Shown: piece by piece, positions 55,715-64,000 of the stretch
How positions within the stretch are numbered: the first letter of the stretch is position 1
How the letters are laid out: each line of letters starts with the position of its first letter
Assembly: GCA_963790365.1 (NCBI GenBank)
Contig: CAWBOU010000047.1
Location: 71,429 to 135,428, forward strand
Source of the DNA: an uncultured delta proteobacterium
GTDB taxonomy: Bacteria; Desulfobacterota; Binatia; JACPRU01
Direction of reading: 5' to 3'
DNA length: 64,000 bases
Notes under the pieces: model-generated
Seen by the model: only the letters and a program-made list of their open reading frames with translations
Databases searched by the model: none
What the model was told of the DNA's origin: nothing
Made by a program: the position numbers and the translations under genes

Positions 55715-57082
55715 ATGTCGAATCCCCTCCTCGAGCTCCAACGCCTCGGCCAATCGCCCTGGCACGACAACATCCGCCGCGAGCTTCTCACCAGCGGCAA
55801 GCTCAAGAAGATGATCGACGACGGCGACATCACGGGCCTCACGTCGAATCCGACGATCTTCGAGCAGGCGATCGCTCAATCGTCGGACTACGACGCGGAT
55901 CTCGCGAGCCTCGCCAAAAAAGGAAAGTCGTCCGAGGAGATCTTCGACCAGCTCGCCTGCGACGACGTCCGCGACGCGTGCGACCTCTTCGCCGACGTCC
56001 ATCGCCGGACCGAGGGCAAAGACGGGTTCTGCTCGATCGAGGTCGCGCCGAAATTCGCGCGCGACACGGTCGCGACGATCGCCGAGGCGCAGCGGCTCTG
56101 GAAGAAGGTCGACCGCCCGAATCTGATGGTGAAGATTCCGGCAACCCGCGAAGGCATCCCCGCGATCGAAGAGTCGATCGCCTCCGGCCTCAACATCAAC
56201 GTGACGTTGATCTTTTCCCTCGAGCGTTACGACGAGGTGATGAATGCGTACCTCTCCGGGTTGATCCGCCGCGTGCAGCGCGGCGAGGCGGTCGACCGCA
56301 TCGCTTCCGTCGCGAGCTTCTTCGTGAGCCGCGTCGACACACTCGTCGACAAATTGCTGGACGAGAAGATCACGAGTGGCGACGGAGACGCCGCACAGCT
56401 CGAGGGTCTGCGAGGAAAGGCCGCAATCGCGAATGCGAAGCTCGCATTTCAGGCGTTCCGTCGGAAGTTCGCGACCGAGGCGTACGCGGGCACGGCCGCG
56501 CGCGGCGCGCGCGTGCAGCGCCCGCTCTGGGCGAGCACCTCGACGAAGAATCCGAAGTATCCCGACGTGTACTACGTCGAGGCGCTCGTCGGACCGGACA
56601 GCGTCGACACGCTGCCCCCGGCGACGATCGTCGCCTACAAGGACCACGGACGGCCCGAGCTCCGGATCGAGAGCGAGATCGACGGTGCGCGCCAGGTAAT
56701 GTCCGACCTCTCCCGAGTCGGCATCGACATGGATGCGGTGACGAAGAAGCTCGAGGAAGACGGCGTCGCGTCCTTCGCGAAGTCGTTCGACTCGCTGATC
56801 GCGACGGTCGAGGAGCGCCGGGCGAAGGCGGTGACCGCGAAGCCGAAGGGAGCGAAGCCGAAGGCAGCCGCGAAGGCGAAGAAGAAAGCCGCGCCGAAGC
56901 GAAAGGCCGCGCCCAAGAAGGCGAAGGCGGGCAAAGCGAAGAACGTCGCAAAACCGAAGAAAGTCTCGAAGCCGAAGAAGCGCGCCGTCAAGACGAAGGC
57001 GCGGAAGAAGCCGGCGAAGCGGCGGCCGGCGGCGAAGAAGGCAAAGCGACGCGCGGTGAAGCGCCCGCGCAAGAAGCGCTAG
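55715..57082 (+). CDS. tal: transaldolase with an approximately 85-aa Lys/Ala/Pro-rich C-terminal extension
   Basis: ATG 55715 after GGAG. LGQSPWHDNIRRELL..TSNPTIFEQAI..MVKIPATREGIPAIEE..NVTLIFS; the core ends near ..FDSLIATVEERRAK and continues AVTAKPKGAKPKAAAKAKKKAAPKRK..KRPRKKR. Confidence 0.9.
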   Translation: MSNPLLELQRLGQSPWHDNIRRELLTSGKLKKMIDDGDITGLTSNPTIFEQAIAQSSDYDADLASLAKKGKSSEEIFDQLACDDVRDACDLFADVHRRTEGKDGFCSIEVAPKFARDTVATIAEAQRLWKKVDRPNLMVKIPATREGIPAIEESIASGLNINVTLIFSLERYDEVMNAYLSGLIRRVQRGEAVDRIASVASFFVSRVDTLVDKLLDEKITSGDGDAAQLEGLRGKAAIANAKLAFQAFRRKFATEAYAGTAARGARVQRPLWASTSTKNPKYPDVYYVEALVGPDSVDTLPPATIVAYKDHGRPELRIESEIDGARQVMSDLSRVGIDMDAVTKKLEEDGVASFAKSFDSLIATVEERRAKAVTAKPKGAKPKAAAKAKKKAAPKRKAAPKKAKAGKAKNVAKPKKVSKPKKRAVKTKARKKPAKRRPAAKKAKRRAVKRPRKKR

Positions 57083-57140
57083 GCTCCCCCTCACCCGCCG
57101 GCTTCGCCGGCGACCTCTCCCCAACGGGGAGAGGTGGGGT
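57083..57140. repeat. REP-like element, family A
   Basis: CTCCCCCTCACCC..ACCTCTCCCCAACGGGGAGAGGT. Confidence 0.75.
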
Positions 57141-57652
57141 CAGCGCGCGATCCGCCGCGCCGACTCGTCCGGCGTGACGAGCGTGATGTTCGGGCGCTCG
57201 GCGACCGAGACCGGGCTCGGCCCGACTCCGAGGCGCGGCAGGTGGTGACGGCCGTGTCGGCCATGGTGGTGATGACCGCCACCGCCGACGAAGACGACCG
57301 GCGGCACCGGCTCGACGACGGGCACCACGACGGGCTCGCGGAGGCTCCGTTCGAGCTCGCGGTTGCGCGCCGCTTCGCGCTCGGCGGCGCGGAGCCGCAT
57401 GATCTCGCGGCCGTGCGCCGCGGCGTCGGAGATCACGGTCGTCGTCCCCTCGCTCGCGGTGAGCTCGATGCGCTCGAGGAGCACGCTTCCCGCCGGCGGA
57501 CGATCGCCGATGTAGAGCGTGCCTTCCGGCGTCCGCCATTTCTGGAAGACGTCCGTGCCGGCGAACGCGGAAATCGCCGTCGACGCCAGCAGAAGAAAAA
57601 GCGCGAGCCGCTTCACGCTCTCGAACGTGCGTCCGTTGGCGCAGGGAGTCAA
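57140..57652 (-). CDS. secreted DUF4124-like protein with His-rich tract
   Basis: Signal VKRLALFLLLASTAISAFA (GTG 57616 is a likely true start). DVFQKWRTPEGTLYIGDRPP resembles the DUF4124 motif. GGGGHHHHGRHGRHH. Confidence 0.65.
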   Translation of the reverse strand: MTPCANGRTFESVKRLALFLLLASTAISAFAGTDVFQKWRTPEGTLYIGDRPPAGSVLLERIELTASEGTTTVISDAAAHGREIMRLRAAEREAARNRELERSLREPVVVPVVEPVPPVVFVGGGGHHHHGRHGRHHLPRLGVGPSPVSVAERPNITLVTPDESARRIAR

Positions 57653-57714
57653 GCGCGAGCGTCACGGCTATCGTGTAAATCCGCGATTTGTTACGTCAGA
57701 TCGCTGACCCGCTC

Positions 57715-58794
57715 ATGCTCCCCCCTCTCCTCCTCGCGCTCGTCGCCTCGCTCCTCTTCTCCGCCTGCTCGGGCGGCGACGCGTCCGGCAAGCCCGAGGG
57801 GCAGATGCCTCCGGTCTTCGTCGAGACGTTGGTGATGAAGCCGTCGGCCATCCGCGACGTCGCCGCGCTGGTGGGGCAGCTCGAGGCCGAGGAATCCGTC
57901 GACGTCCATGCCGAGATCCGCGGGATCATCGAGGAGATCGGATTCGAGGACGGCGCGCGAGTCGAGACCGGCGCGCTCCTCTTCCGGTTGCGGGACGCCG
58001 AGCAGGGTGCCGAGGTCGCCGCGGCGGAGGCGCGCGAGCGGCTCGCCGCGGATACGCACCGGCGGTTCCGCGAGCTCGCCGAGCAGGAGATCACGTCGAA
58101 GTGGGAGCTCGCGCGAATGACGCGCGAGCTCGACGTCGCTCGCGCGGAGGTCGAGCGCGCGCGCGTGCGATTCGCAAAGACGCGCATTCGCGCGCCGTTC
58201 GCCGGCCGGCTCGGCGCACGGAAGGTTTCGCCCGGAGATGCGATCGATTCGGACACGTCGCTCGTCGACATCCACGCGACCGAGCGACTCCGGCTGACGC
58301 TCGCGGTCCCCGAGCGCTTCGCGCCGGTCGCTCGCGTCGGCATCCCCCTCGAAGTCGCCGTCCAGGCGTACCCAGGCGAATGGTTCAGGGGGGAAGTGTA
58401 CTTCGTCGCACCGGCGGTCGACGCCGCGAACCGGCAGCTCTCGATGAAGGGCCTCGTCCAGAACGCGGATGGGCGTCTCTGGCCGGGGCAATTCGCGGAG
58501 ATCCGCACCGAGCTCGCCCGCCGTGACGACGCGCTCGTCGTGCCGGACTCCGCGCTCGTCTATGAAGGACGGTCGTCGTTCGTCTGGCGCGTCGGCGACG
58601 ATCGGAAGGCCGAGCGGGTCGACGTCGAGACCGGGATCCGTGGCGAGGGCAAGATCGAGCTCCGGAGCGGCGTCGCGGTCGGCGACGAGGTCGTCGTCGC
58701 CGGGACGAACAAGCTCTTCCCCGGAGCGACGCTCGCGGCGAGCCCGCCGCCGGCGAGCGCGAGCGCGCCGGCGGACGCCGAGCGAGGCTCGTGA
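57715..58794 (+). CDS. efflux RND transporter periplasmic adaptor (MFP) lipoprotein
   Basis: ATG 57715: MLPPLLLALVASLLFSAC lipobox. ..IRAPFAGRLG.. hairpin and barrel motifs. The ORF-track TTG at 57688 is an alternative start. Confidence 0.85.
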   Translation: MLPPLLLALVASLLFSACSGGDASGKPEGQMPPVFVETLVMKPSAIRDVAALVGQLEAEESVDVHAEIRGIIEEIGFEDGARVETGALLFRLRDAEQGAEVAAAEARERLAADTHRRFRELAEQEITSKWELARMTRELDVARAEVERARVRFAKTRIRAPFAGRLGARKVSPGDAIDSDTSLVDIHATERLRLTLAVPERFAPVARVGIPLEVAVQAYPGEWFRGEVYFVAPAVDAANRQLSMKGLVQNADGRLWPGQFAEIRTELARRDDALVVPDSALVYEGRSSFVWRVGDDRKAERVDVETGIRGEGKIELRSGVAVGDEVVVAGTNKLFPGATLAASPPPASASAPADAERGS

Positions 58795-61700
58795 AGCTTT
58801 CCGAAGTCTCGATCGAGCGCCCCGTCCTCGCGACCGTGATGTCGGTCGTCATCGTGATCTTCGGCGCGATCTCGCTGACGCGCCTGCCGAATCGCGAGCT
58901 TCCGGACATCGACACGCCGGCCGTTTCGGTGACCACCGTCTACCCCGGCGCCGCCGCCGAGGTGATCGAGACGTCGATCACGCAGCCGCTCGAGGATCAG
59001 CTGATCGCGATCGAGGGCGTGAAGCATCTCATTTCCGTCAGCCGCGAGCAGGTGTCCGACATCACCGTGCAGTTCGAGCTCGGGCGCGACGTGGATCTCG
59101 CCGCGAACGACGTGCGTGACCGCGTCGCTCGCGCGCGCCGCGATCTGCCCGACGACGTCGACGACCCGATCGTCGCCAAGCGCGAGGCCGACGCGAGCCC
59201 GATCATGTGGCTCGGGCTCGCGAGCCCGAACCGGAACCCGATCGAGGTCTCGACGATCGCGGAGACGCAGATCAAGGACCGTCTCGCGAAGCTCCCCGGC
59301 GTGTCCGAGGTGATCCTCGCCGGCGAGAGCCGGTACTCGATCCGCGTCTGGATCGACAACCCGCGGCTCACGGCGCACGGCTTGACCGTCTCCGACGTCT
59401 CGGGGGCGCTGCAGCGCGGAAACGTCGAAGTGCCGGCGGGTCGGATCGAAGGCGTCGGACGCGAGCTCACCGTGCGCGCGCTCGGCGAGCTCCGCGACGC
59501 GAAGGACTTCGGCGCGCTCGTCGTCGCCGAAGTCGGCGGCCGTCCCGTTCGGCTCCGCGACGTGGCCCGAGTCGAGGTCGGTGCCGAGGACGACCGCAAG
59601 GTCGTCCGCTACCAAGGCGAGCCGGCCGTCGCGCTCGGCATCATCCGGCAGTCGAAGTCGAACACTCTCGACATCGCCGAGGCCGTGAAGCGCGAGATCG
59701 CCGCGATCCAGAAGGAGCTGCCGCCGGATCTCGTGCTCGAGTCGGCATTCGACTCGTCGATCTTCATCGATCGCTCGATCGCCGACGTCCGCGAGACGAT
59801 CTTCGTCGCGGTCGTCCTCGTCGTCCTGGTGATCTACCTCTTCCTCCGCTCGCTGCGCGCGACGCTGATCCCGATCGTGGCGATCCCGATCTCGATCATC
59901 GGCACGTTCACCGCGCTCGACTTTCTGGGCTTCACGATCAACACGCTCACGCTGATGGGCATGACGCTCGCGATCGGCGTCGTCGTCGACGACGCGATCG
60001 TCGTGCTCGAGAACATCGCGCGGTGGATCGAGGAGGGCACGCCGCCGATGGAAGCGGCGCGGAAGGGCATGGCGGAGATCTCGTTCGCCGTCATCGCCGC
60101 CACGGTCGCGGTGATCGCGGTCTTCGTGCCGCTCGCGTTCCTCTCGACCACGACCGGCAAGCTCTTCCGCGAGTTCGGTCTGACGGTCGCCGTCTCGGTG
60201 GGGATCTCCGGCTTCGTCGCGCTGACCCTGTCGCCGATGCTCTGCGGCCGCGTGCTCCGCCGCCACCAAGCCGAGCACGGCATCAAGGCGTGGCTCGAGC
60301 GCGCTTTCGACGGGATGGCGAACGCCTACGCCCGCACGCTGCGGCCCGCGCTCCGCTTCGGCGGCACGACGATGCTCGCGGGCGTCGGCTGGGTCGCGCT
60401 CGGTTTCGTTCTCTACTCGACAGCCGGGCGCGAGTTCATCCCCGAAGCCGATCGCGGGACCATGTGGGGCTTCGCGCGTGCGCCGGAAGGCAGCACGGTC
60501 GCCTACACGGACCGCTACATGGCGCAGATGGACGCGGCGTTCCGCGCGGTGCCGGAGATGGCGAGCGTGTTCTCGGTCGTGAGCCTCGGCCTCGGCACAC
60601 CCGGCATCGTCAGCGAGGGCGGCGTCTTCGCGATGCTCGATCCCTGGGAGGAGCGCGAGCGCTCGCAGAAGGAGATCGCGAACGACCTCCGCCAGACGCT
60701 TTGGAAGATTCCCGGAATGTTCGCGTGGGTGTTCAGCCCCTCGGCGCTCGGCCAGGACTCGTTCGCAGGCGGGCTGTCGCTCGTGATCCAGGGGCCCGAC
60801 GCGAGCGTGCTCGCGCGCGCGGCGAACGACATCGTGATCCGCGCGGGAGCCGTGCCCGGCATCGTTCAGCCGCGCACGGATCTTCTCGTCAACAAGCCGC
60901 AGCTCCTCGTCGAGATCGATCGCGACCGCGCCGCGGATCTCGGCATCTCCGTTCGCGATCTCGCGTCGACGCTCCAGGTGCTCTTCGGCGGCGTCGACGT
61001 CTCGACGTTCAAGCTCTTCGGCGAGACGTACAAGGTGATGGTGCAGCTCCCGGTCGACGACCGCGCGAGCGAGCGCGACCTCTCGCGGGTCTACGTACAC
61101 GGCGAGGGTGGAAGGCTCGTGCCGCTCTCTTCGGTCGTCTCGGTTCGCGAGTCGGCGGCGCCGCGCGAGCTCCCGCACTTCGACCGGCTCCGCTCCGCGA
61201 CGATCTCCGCCGACATCGCTCCCGGAGCCACGCTCGGCGCGTCGCTCGAGGCTCTCCGCGCGATCGCCGAGGACGTCGTGCCCGACGGCGAGGGCTACCG
61301 GATCACGTTCTCCGGCGAGTCGGAGGAGTTCTACGAGTCCGGCAATGCGCTCCTGTTTGCCTACGGCCTCGCGATCGTGATCGTGTACCTCGTGCTCGCG
61401 GCGCAATTCGAGAGCTTCGTCCAACCGCTGATCGTGCTCGTGGCCGTCGCGCTCTCGTTCACCGGTGCGCTCGTCACGCTCGCCCTCACGGGCTCGACGA
61501 TCAATCTCTTCAGTCAGATCGGGCTCGTGCTGCTCGTCGGCCTCGTGACGAAGAACTCGATCCTCATCATCGAGTTCGCGGATCAGCTGCGCGCGCGGGG
61601 TGTCTCGCTCGAGGAGGCGACGTTCGAAGCCTCTCGACTCCGCTTCCGCCCGATCCTGATGACCGCGCTCTCCACGATCCTCGGGATCTTGCCGATCGCG

Positions 61701-61883
61701 CTCGGTCTCGGCGCCGGCGGCGAATCGCGGGCGCCGCTCGGCATCGCGGTCGCCGGCGGCATGCTCTTCTCGACGATCCTCACGATCTACGTGGTGCCCG
61801 CGATCTACCTCGCGGTCGGCAGACTCTTCGCGCGCCTCGAGCGGCGGCGCGCCGTCGAGCCTCTGCCTACGTCCGCGATCTGA
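58791..61883 (+). CDS. efflux RND transporter permease (AcrB/HAE family)
   Basis: 1030 aa; GTG overlaps the MFP stop (GTGA). FSIERPVLATVMS.., ..LGMTLAIGVVVDDAIVVLENI.., 12-TM organisation. Confidence 0.95.
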   Translation: MKLSEVSIERPVLATVMSVVIVIFGAISLTRLPNRELPDIDTPAVSVTTVYPGAAAEVIETSITQPLEDQLIAIEGVKHLISVSREQVSDITVQFELGRDVDLAANDVRDRVARARRDLPDDVDDPIVAKREADASPIMWLGLASPNRNPIEVSTIAETQIKDRLAKLPGVSEVILAGESRYSIRVWIDNPRLTAHGLTVSDVSGALQRGNVEVPAGRIEGVGRELTVRALGELRDAKDFGALVVAEVGGRPVRLRDVARVEVGAEDDRKVVRYQGEPAVALGIIRQSKSNTLDIAEAVKREIAAIQKELPPDLVLESAFDSSIFIDRSIADVRETIFVAVVLVVLVIYLFLRSLRATLIPIVAIPISIIGTFTALDFLGFTINTLTLMGMTLAIGVVVDDAIVVLENIARWIEEGTPPMEAARKGMAEISFAVIAATVAVIAVFVPLAFLSTTTGKLFREFGLTVAVSVGISGFVALTLSPMLCGRVLRRHQAEHGIKAWLERAFDGMANAYARTLRPALRFGGTTMLAGVGWVALGFVLYSTAGREFIPEADRGTMWGFARAPEGSTVAYTDRYMAQMDAAFRAVPEMASVFSVVSLGLGTPGIVSEGGVFAMLDPWEERERSQKEIANDLRQTLWKIPGMFAWVFSPSALGQDSFAGGLSLVIQGPDASVLARAANDIVIRAGAVPGIVQPRTDLLVNKPQLLVEIDRDRAADLGISVRDLASTLQVLFGGVDVSTFKLFGETYKVMVQLPVDDRASERDLSRVYVHGEGGRLVPLSSVVSVRESAAPRELPHFDRLRSATISADIAPGATLGASLEALRAIAEDVVPDGEGYRITFSGESEEFYESGNALLFAYGLAIVIVYLVLAAQFESFVQPLIVLVAVALSFTGALVTLALTGSTINLFSQIGLVLLVGLVTKNSILIIEFADQLRARGVSLEEATFEASRLRFRPILMTALSTILGILPIALGLGAGGESRAPLGIAVAGGMLFSTILTIYVVPAIYLAVGRLFARLERRRAVEPLPTSAI

Positions 61884-61890
61884 GGGACTC

Positions 61891-62556
61891 ATGCCGACGA
61901 CACGACTGCTCCTCGTTCGACACGGCGCGACCACGCTCTCTGCGGAGGACCGCTTCGCGGGAGCCACGAACGTCGACCTCTCGGAAGACGGGCGCAGCCA
62001 GGCGCGCGCGCTCGCGAGACGGCTCAGCCACGAGAAGCTCCACGCCGTCTACGCGAGCCCGCTACGCCGGACGATCGAGACGGCCTCGATCATCGCCGAG
62101 CCGCACGGGCTCGCCCCGGAGCCGCGGGACGGGCTTCGCGAGATCGACCACGGTCGGTGGGAGCAGCTCAAGCGAGCCGAGGTGGAGGAGCGCTTCCCGG
62201 AGGAATATGCGGCGTGGGAAGCCGACCCCTTCACCTTCGCGCCGGAGGGCGGCGAAACCGGGCTCGCCGTGATGGCGCGGGCGATGCCGGTGCTGCGCGC
62301 GATCGTCGAGAAGCACCCGGGCGAGCGGGTGCTCGTGGTCTCGCACAAGGCGACGATCCGTCTCGCGCTCGCGAGCCTCCTCGGCTTCGATCCGCGCGGG
62401 TACCGCGATCGGCTCGACCAGCTGCCCTGTTCCCTCAACATGCTCGACTTCAAGGACCCGGTGCGGGCACGCCTCGTCCTCTACAACGACGTCTCCCACT
62501 ACACGGTCGAGCCCGAAAAGACGGGCCCACGACTGTCGAAATGGTTCGGTGACTGA
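61891..62556 (+). CDS. histidine phosphatase (phosphoglycerate-mutase-like) family protein
   Basis: LLLVRHGAT..SPLRRTIETA..VVSHKATIR (RHG..H motif set). Confidence 0.85.
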   Translation: MPTTRLLLVRHGATTLSAEDRFAGATNVDLSEDGRSQARALARRLSHEKLHAVYASPLRRTIETASIIAEPHGLAPEPRDGLREIDHGRWEQLKRAEVEERFPEEYAAWEADPFTFAPEGGETGLAVMARAMPVLRAIVEKHPGERVLVVSHKATIRLALASLLGFDPRGYRDRLDQLPCSLNMLDFKDPVRARLVLYNDVSHYTVEPEKTGPRLSKWFGD

Positions 62557-62559
62557 GCG

Positions 62560-63423
62560 ATGAGCACGACCGCCCCCTACTGCCGCGAGCTCGGCCTCGA
62601 GGTCGAAGCCATCGACGCGAACGGCGCGAAGCTTCGCCTGCCCTACCGCGACGGCAACTCGAATCCGGGCAAGGCACTGCACGGCGGCGTCGCCGCTTCG
62701 CTGATCGACATCGCCGGCGGGCTCGTGTCGCTGGCCGGCGCACCGGAAGGTCCGGTCGCGCACGGGGCGATCGACGTCTCCGTCAGCTACCTCGCGGCCG
62801 CGATCGGCGAGGAGATCGTCGCCGACGCCCGCGCTCTCCGGCGAGGCAAGGAGATCACCTACGTCGAGGTCGACGTCGCCACCGCGGGCGGGAAGGCGAT
62901 CGCCAAGGGCATCGTCGTCCATCGCGTGCTGCCGGAAGCGCTCGCCGCGGGCGCGCGCACGTTCGGCGCGCCGCCGAGCGCCGACGAGATCTCGGCGAAG
63001 TCGGTGTCCGACTACGGCCGCGCGTTCATGAAGGTGCCGTTCATCGCCAGGCTCGGCATGCGGAACGAAGGGTTCGAGGACGGCACGGCGCGCGTGCGGC
63101 TGCCGTTCGCCGAGGCGAACACGCTCGACGGGCAGCGGCTTCACGAGGGCGCGATCCTCGCGCTCATGGACACGACCGGCGCGCTCTCCTCCTGGTCGAT
63201 CACCGGCATGGACTTCCGCTACAAGGCCTCGACCGTCGCGGTTCACGGTCAGTTCGTCGCGCCGGCCGCGGGCGAAGACTTGCTCGCGGTATCGCGGACC
63301 GTCCGCAGAGAAGAAGAGATCTTCTGGAACTCGGTCTCGGTGCTCGGCGCGAGCTCGAACACGCTCGTCGCCCGCGGCGACGTCCTCTACCGCATCGTCG
63401 TACCGAAGGAGGAAGGCTCGTGA
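62560..63423 (+). CDS. double hot-dog PaaI-type thioesterase
   Basis: Two halves, each with the (A/G)LHGG(V/A).. / ..HEGAILALMDT.. pattern of the PaaI/4HBT fold. Confidence 0.75.
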   Translation: MSTTAPYCRELGLEVEAIDANGAKLRLPYRDGNSNPGKALHGGVAASLIDIAGGLVSLAGAPEGPVAHGAIDVSVSYLAAAIGEEIVADARALRRGKEITYVEVDVATAGGKAIAKGIVVHRVLPEALAAGARTFGAPPSADEISAKSVSDYGRAFMKVPFIARLGMRNEGFEDGTARVRLPFAEANTLDGQRLHEGAILALMDTTGALSSWSITGMDFRYKASTVAVHGQFVAPAAGEDLLAVSRTVRREEEIFWNSVSVLGASSNTLVARGDVLYRIVVPKEEGS

Positions 63424-63893
63424 CGCTCGCCGGCTCCTGTCAGTGCGGCAAGGTGCGCTTCCGCTGCCGGTCGGAGACGCCCTACCCATACATGTATTGC
63501 TACTGCTCGATCTGCCGGAAGCTTCAGGGCGCGTTCGGCTGCAACGTGATGGGCAAGCGCGAGACGCTCCGCGTGACCGGCAAGCGCCATCTCAAGATGG
63601 TCCACGCCGTGATGCGCGAGCGCGGCAAGCGGGCCACGCGGAGCTCGGGCGAGCGCTGGTTCTGCCGCGAGTGCGGCACGCACCTCTACGTGCTCGACGA
63701 TCGCTGGCCGGACGGCGTGTGGCCGAACGCATGCGCGCTCGACACGAAGCTCCCGAACCCGCCCGAGATCGTCCACATCCTCCTCGATTCGAAGGCGAGC
63801 TGGGTGCCGACGCCCGGACGCGGGCCGCGGTACGAGCACTACCCTCCGCTCTCGATCGCGGAGTGGCACGAGAAGAAGATCAAACGCCGCTAG
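63420..63893 (+). CDS. GFA (glutathione-dependent formaldehyde-activating / CENP-V-like) family zinc protein
   Basis: GTG overlaps the upstream stop. CQCGKVRF, CYCSICRK, CRECGTHL Cys clusters. Confidence 0.8.
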   Translation: MTLAGSCQCGKVRFRCRSETPYPYMYCYCSICRKLQGAFGCNVMGKRETLRVTGKRHLKMVHAVMRERGKRATRSSGERWFCRECGTHLYVLDDRWPDGVWPNACALDTKLPNPPEIVHILLDSKASWVPTPGRGPRYEHYPPLSIAEWHEKKIKRR

Positions 63894-64000
63894 CGAATCC
63901 CGCGCCAGCGGCGCGACTCGAGCACGAGCAGCGTCGCGAACAGGAACACCGCGACGAACAAAACGAAGAACACGACGTCCTTCGTGTCGACCGCGCCCCG
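63890..64000 (-). CDS. C-terminal fragment of a membrane protein (gene continues beyond the right edge)
   Basis: Own translation: ..GAVDTKDVVFFVLFVAVFLFATLLVLESRRWRGIR-stop; the stop shares the CTAG with the GFA stop. Family not identifiable. Confidence 0.35.
   Translation of the reverse strand, partial: RGAVDTKDVVFFVLFVAVFLFATLLVLESRRWRGIR

Noticed and set aside
56820-57075. Purine-rich AAG/GCC periodicity resembling a tandem repeat or CRISPR-like array
   Set aside because: It is the coding sequence of the Lys/Ala/Pro tail of transaldolase. The units are irregular and there are no conserved repeats with unique spacers.
58560-61967. 1135-aa minus-strand ORF and 1021-aa plus-strand ORF (59207..62272) over the RND permease
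   Set aside because: These are antisense or off-frame to a clear AcrB-family ORF (58791..61883). They are Arg/Asp/Glu/His-rich junk with no TM helices.

Overview
Very GC-rich bacterial chromosomal window (roughly two-thirds to 70% GC by eye, not computed). I saw no rRNA, tRNA, CRISPR array, transposase or integrase. The taxon cannot be fixed from sequence alone; the gene content resembles an uncultured deltaproteobacterial or Myxococcota-like lineage (inference). About 50 protein genes are supportable once the many Arg/Ala/Pro-rich off-frame and antisense ORFs typical of high-GC DNA are discarded.

Housekeeping content: dus, ltaE, three acyl-CoA dehydrogenase genes, a lipid-A-type acyltransferase, an RND efflux pair, and pentose-phosphate/glycolysis genes in three places (gnd-pgl-zwf at 17.2-20.9 kb, pgi at 34.5-36.1 kb, rpiA-tkt-tal at 52.8-57.1 kb).

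Two long minus-strand loci stand out.
(1) 37.9-52.8 kb. A tight operon encodes a 2x cNMP-binding/[4Fe-4S] protein, a 5-TM protein with two H-x13-H helices, and a 1233-aa fusion (3 FHA, TM, about 10 haem-c sites, TM, ferredoxin, FAD/NAD(P) reductase). It is followed by a tandem GlcG/DUF336 lipoprotein, an outer-membrane beta-barrel, a roughly 10-haem cytochrome fused to an LVIVD beta-propeller, and an SH3/tetrahaem-c3 lipoprotein. I read this as a candidate signal-gated, envelope-spanning electron-transfer system.
(2) 21.6-34.4 kb. Ten co-directional genes, mostly with overlapping stop/start codons: PEGA Ser/Thr kinase, three TPR + CsgG/LpoB-like proteins (one with a Cys-less thioredoxin fold, one with an LDL-receptor class A module), a TolC/HlyD/ABC exporter, an NHL beta-propeller and a small secreted protein.

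Other signals:
- Gene-confined clusters of frameshifts in zwf, pgi, gnd, an IVD-like gene, an MRJP-like gene and the cytochrome genes, next to long intact genes. This is either assembly indels or pseudogenes.
- Two REP-like intergenic repeat families.
- A 30-bp perfect hairpin.
- AT-rich inverted repeats.
- A PheC-like/chorismate mutase fusion.
- A transaldolase with a Lys/Ala/Pro-rich tail.

All functional calls rest on motif recognition by eye; no database search was run.
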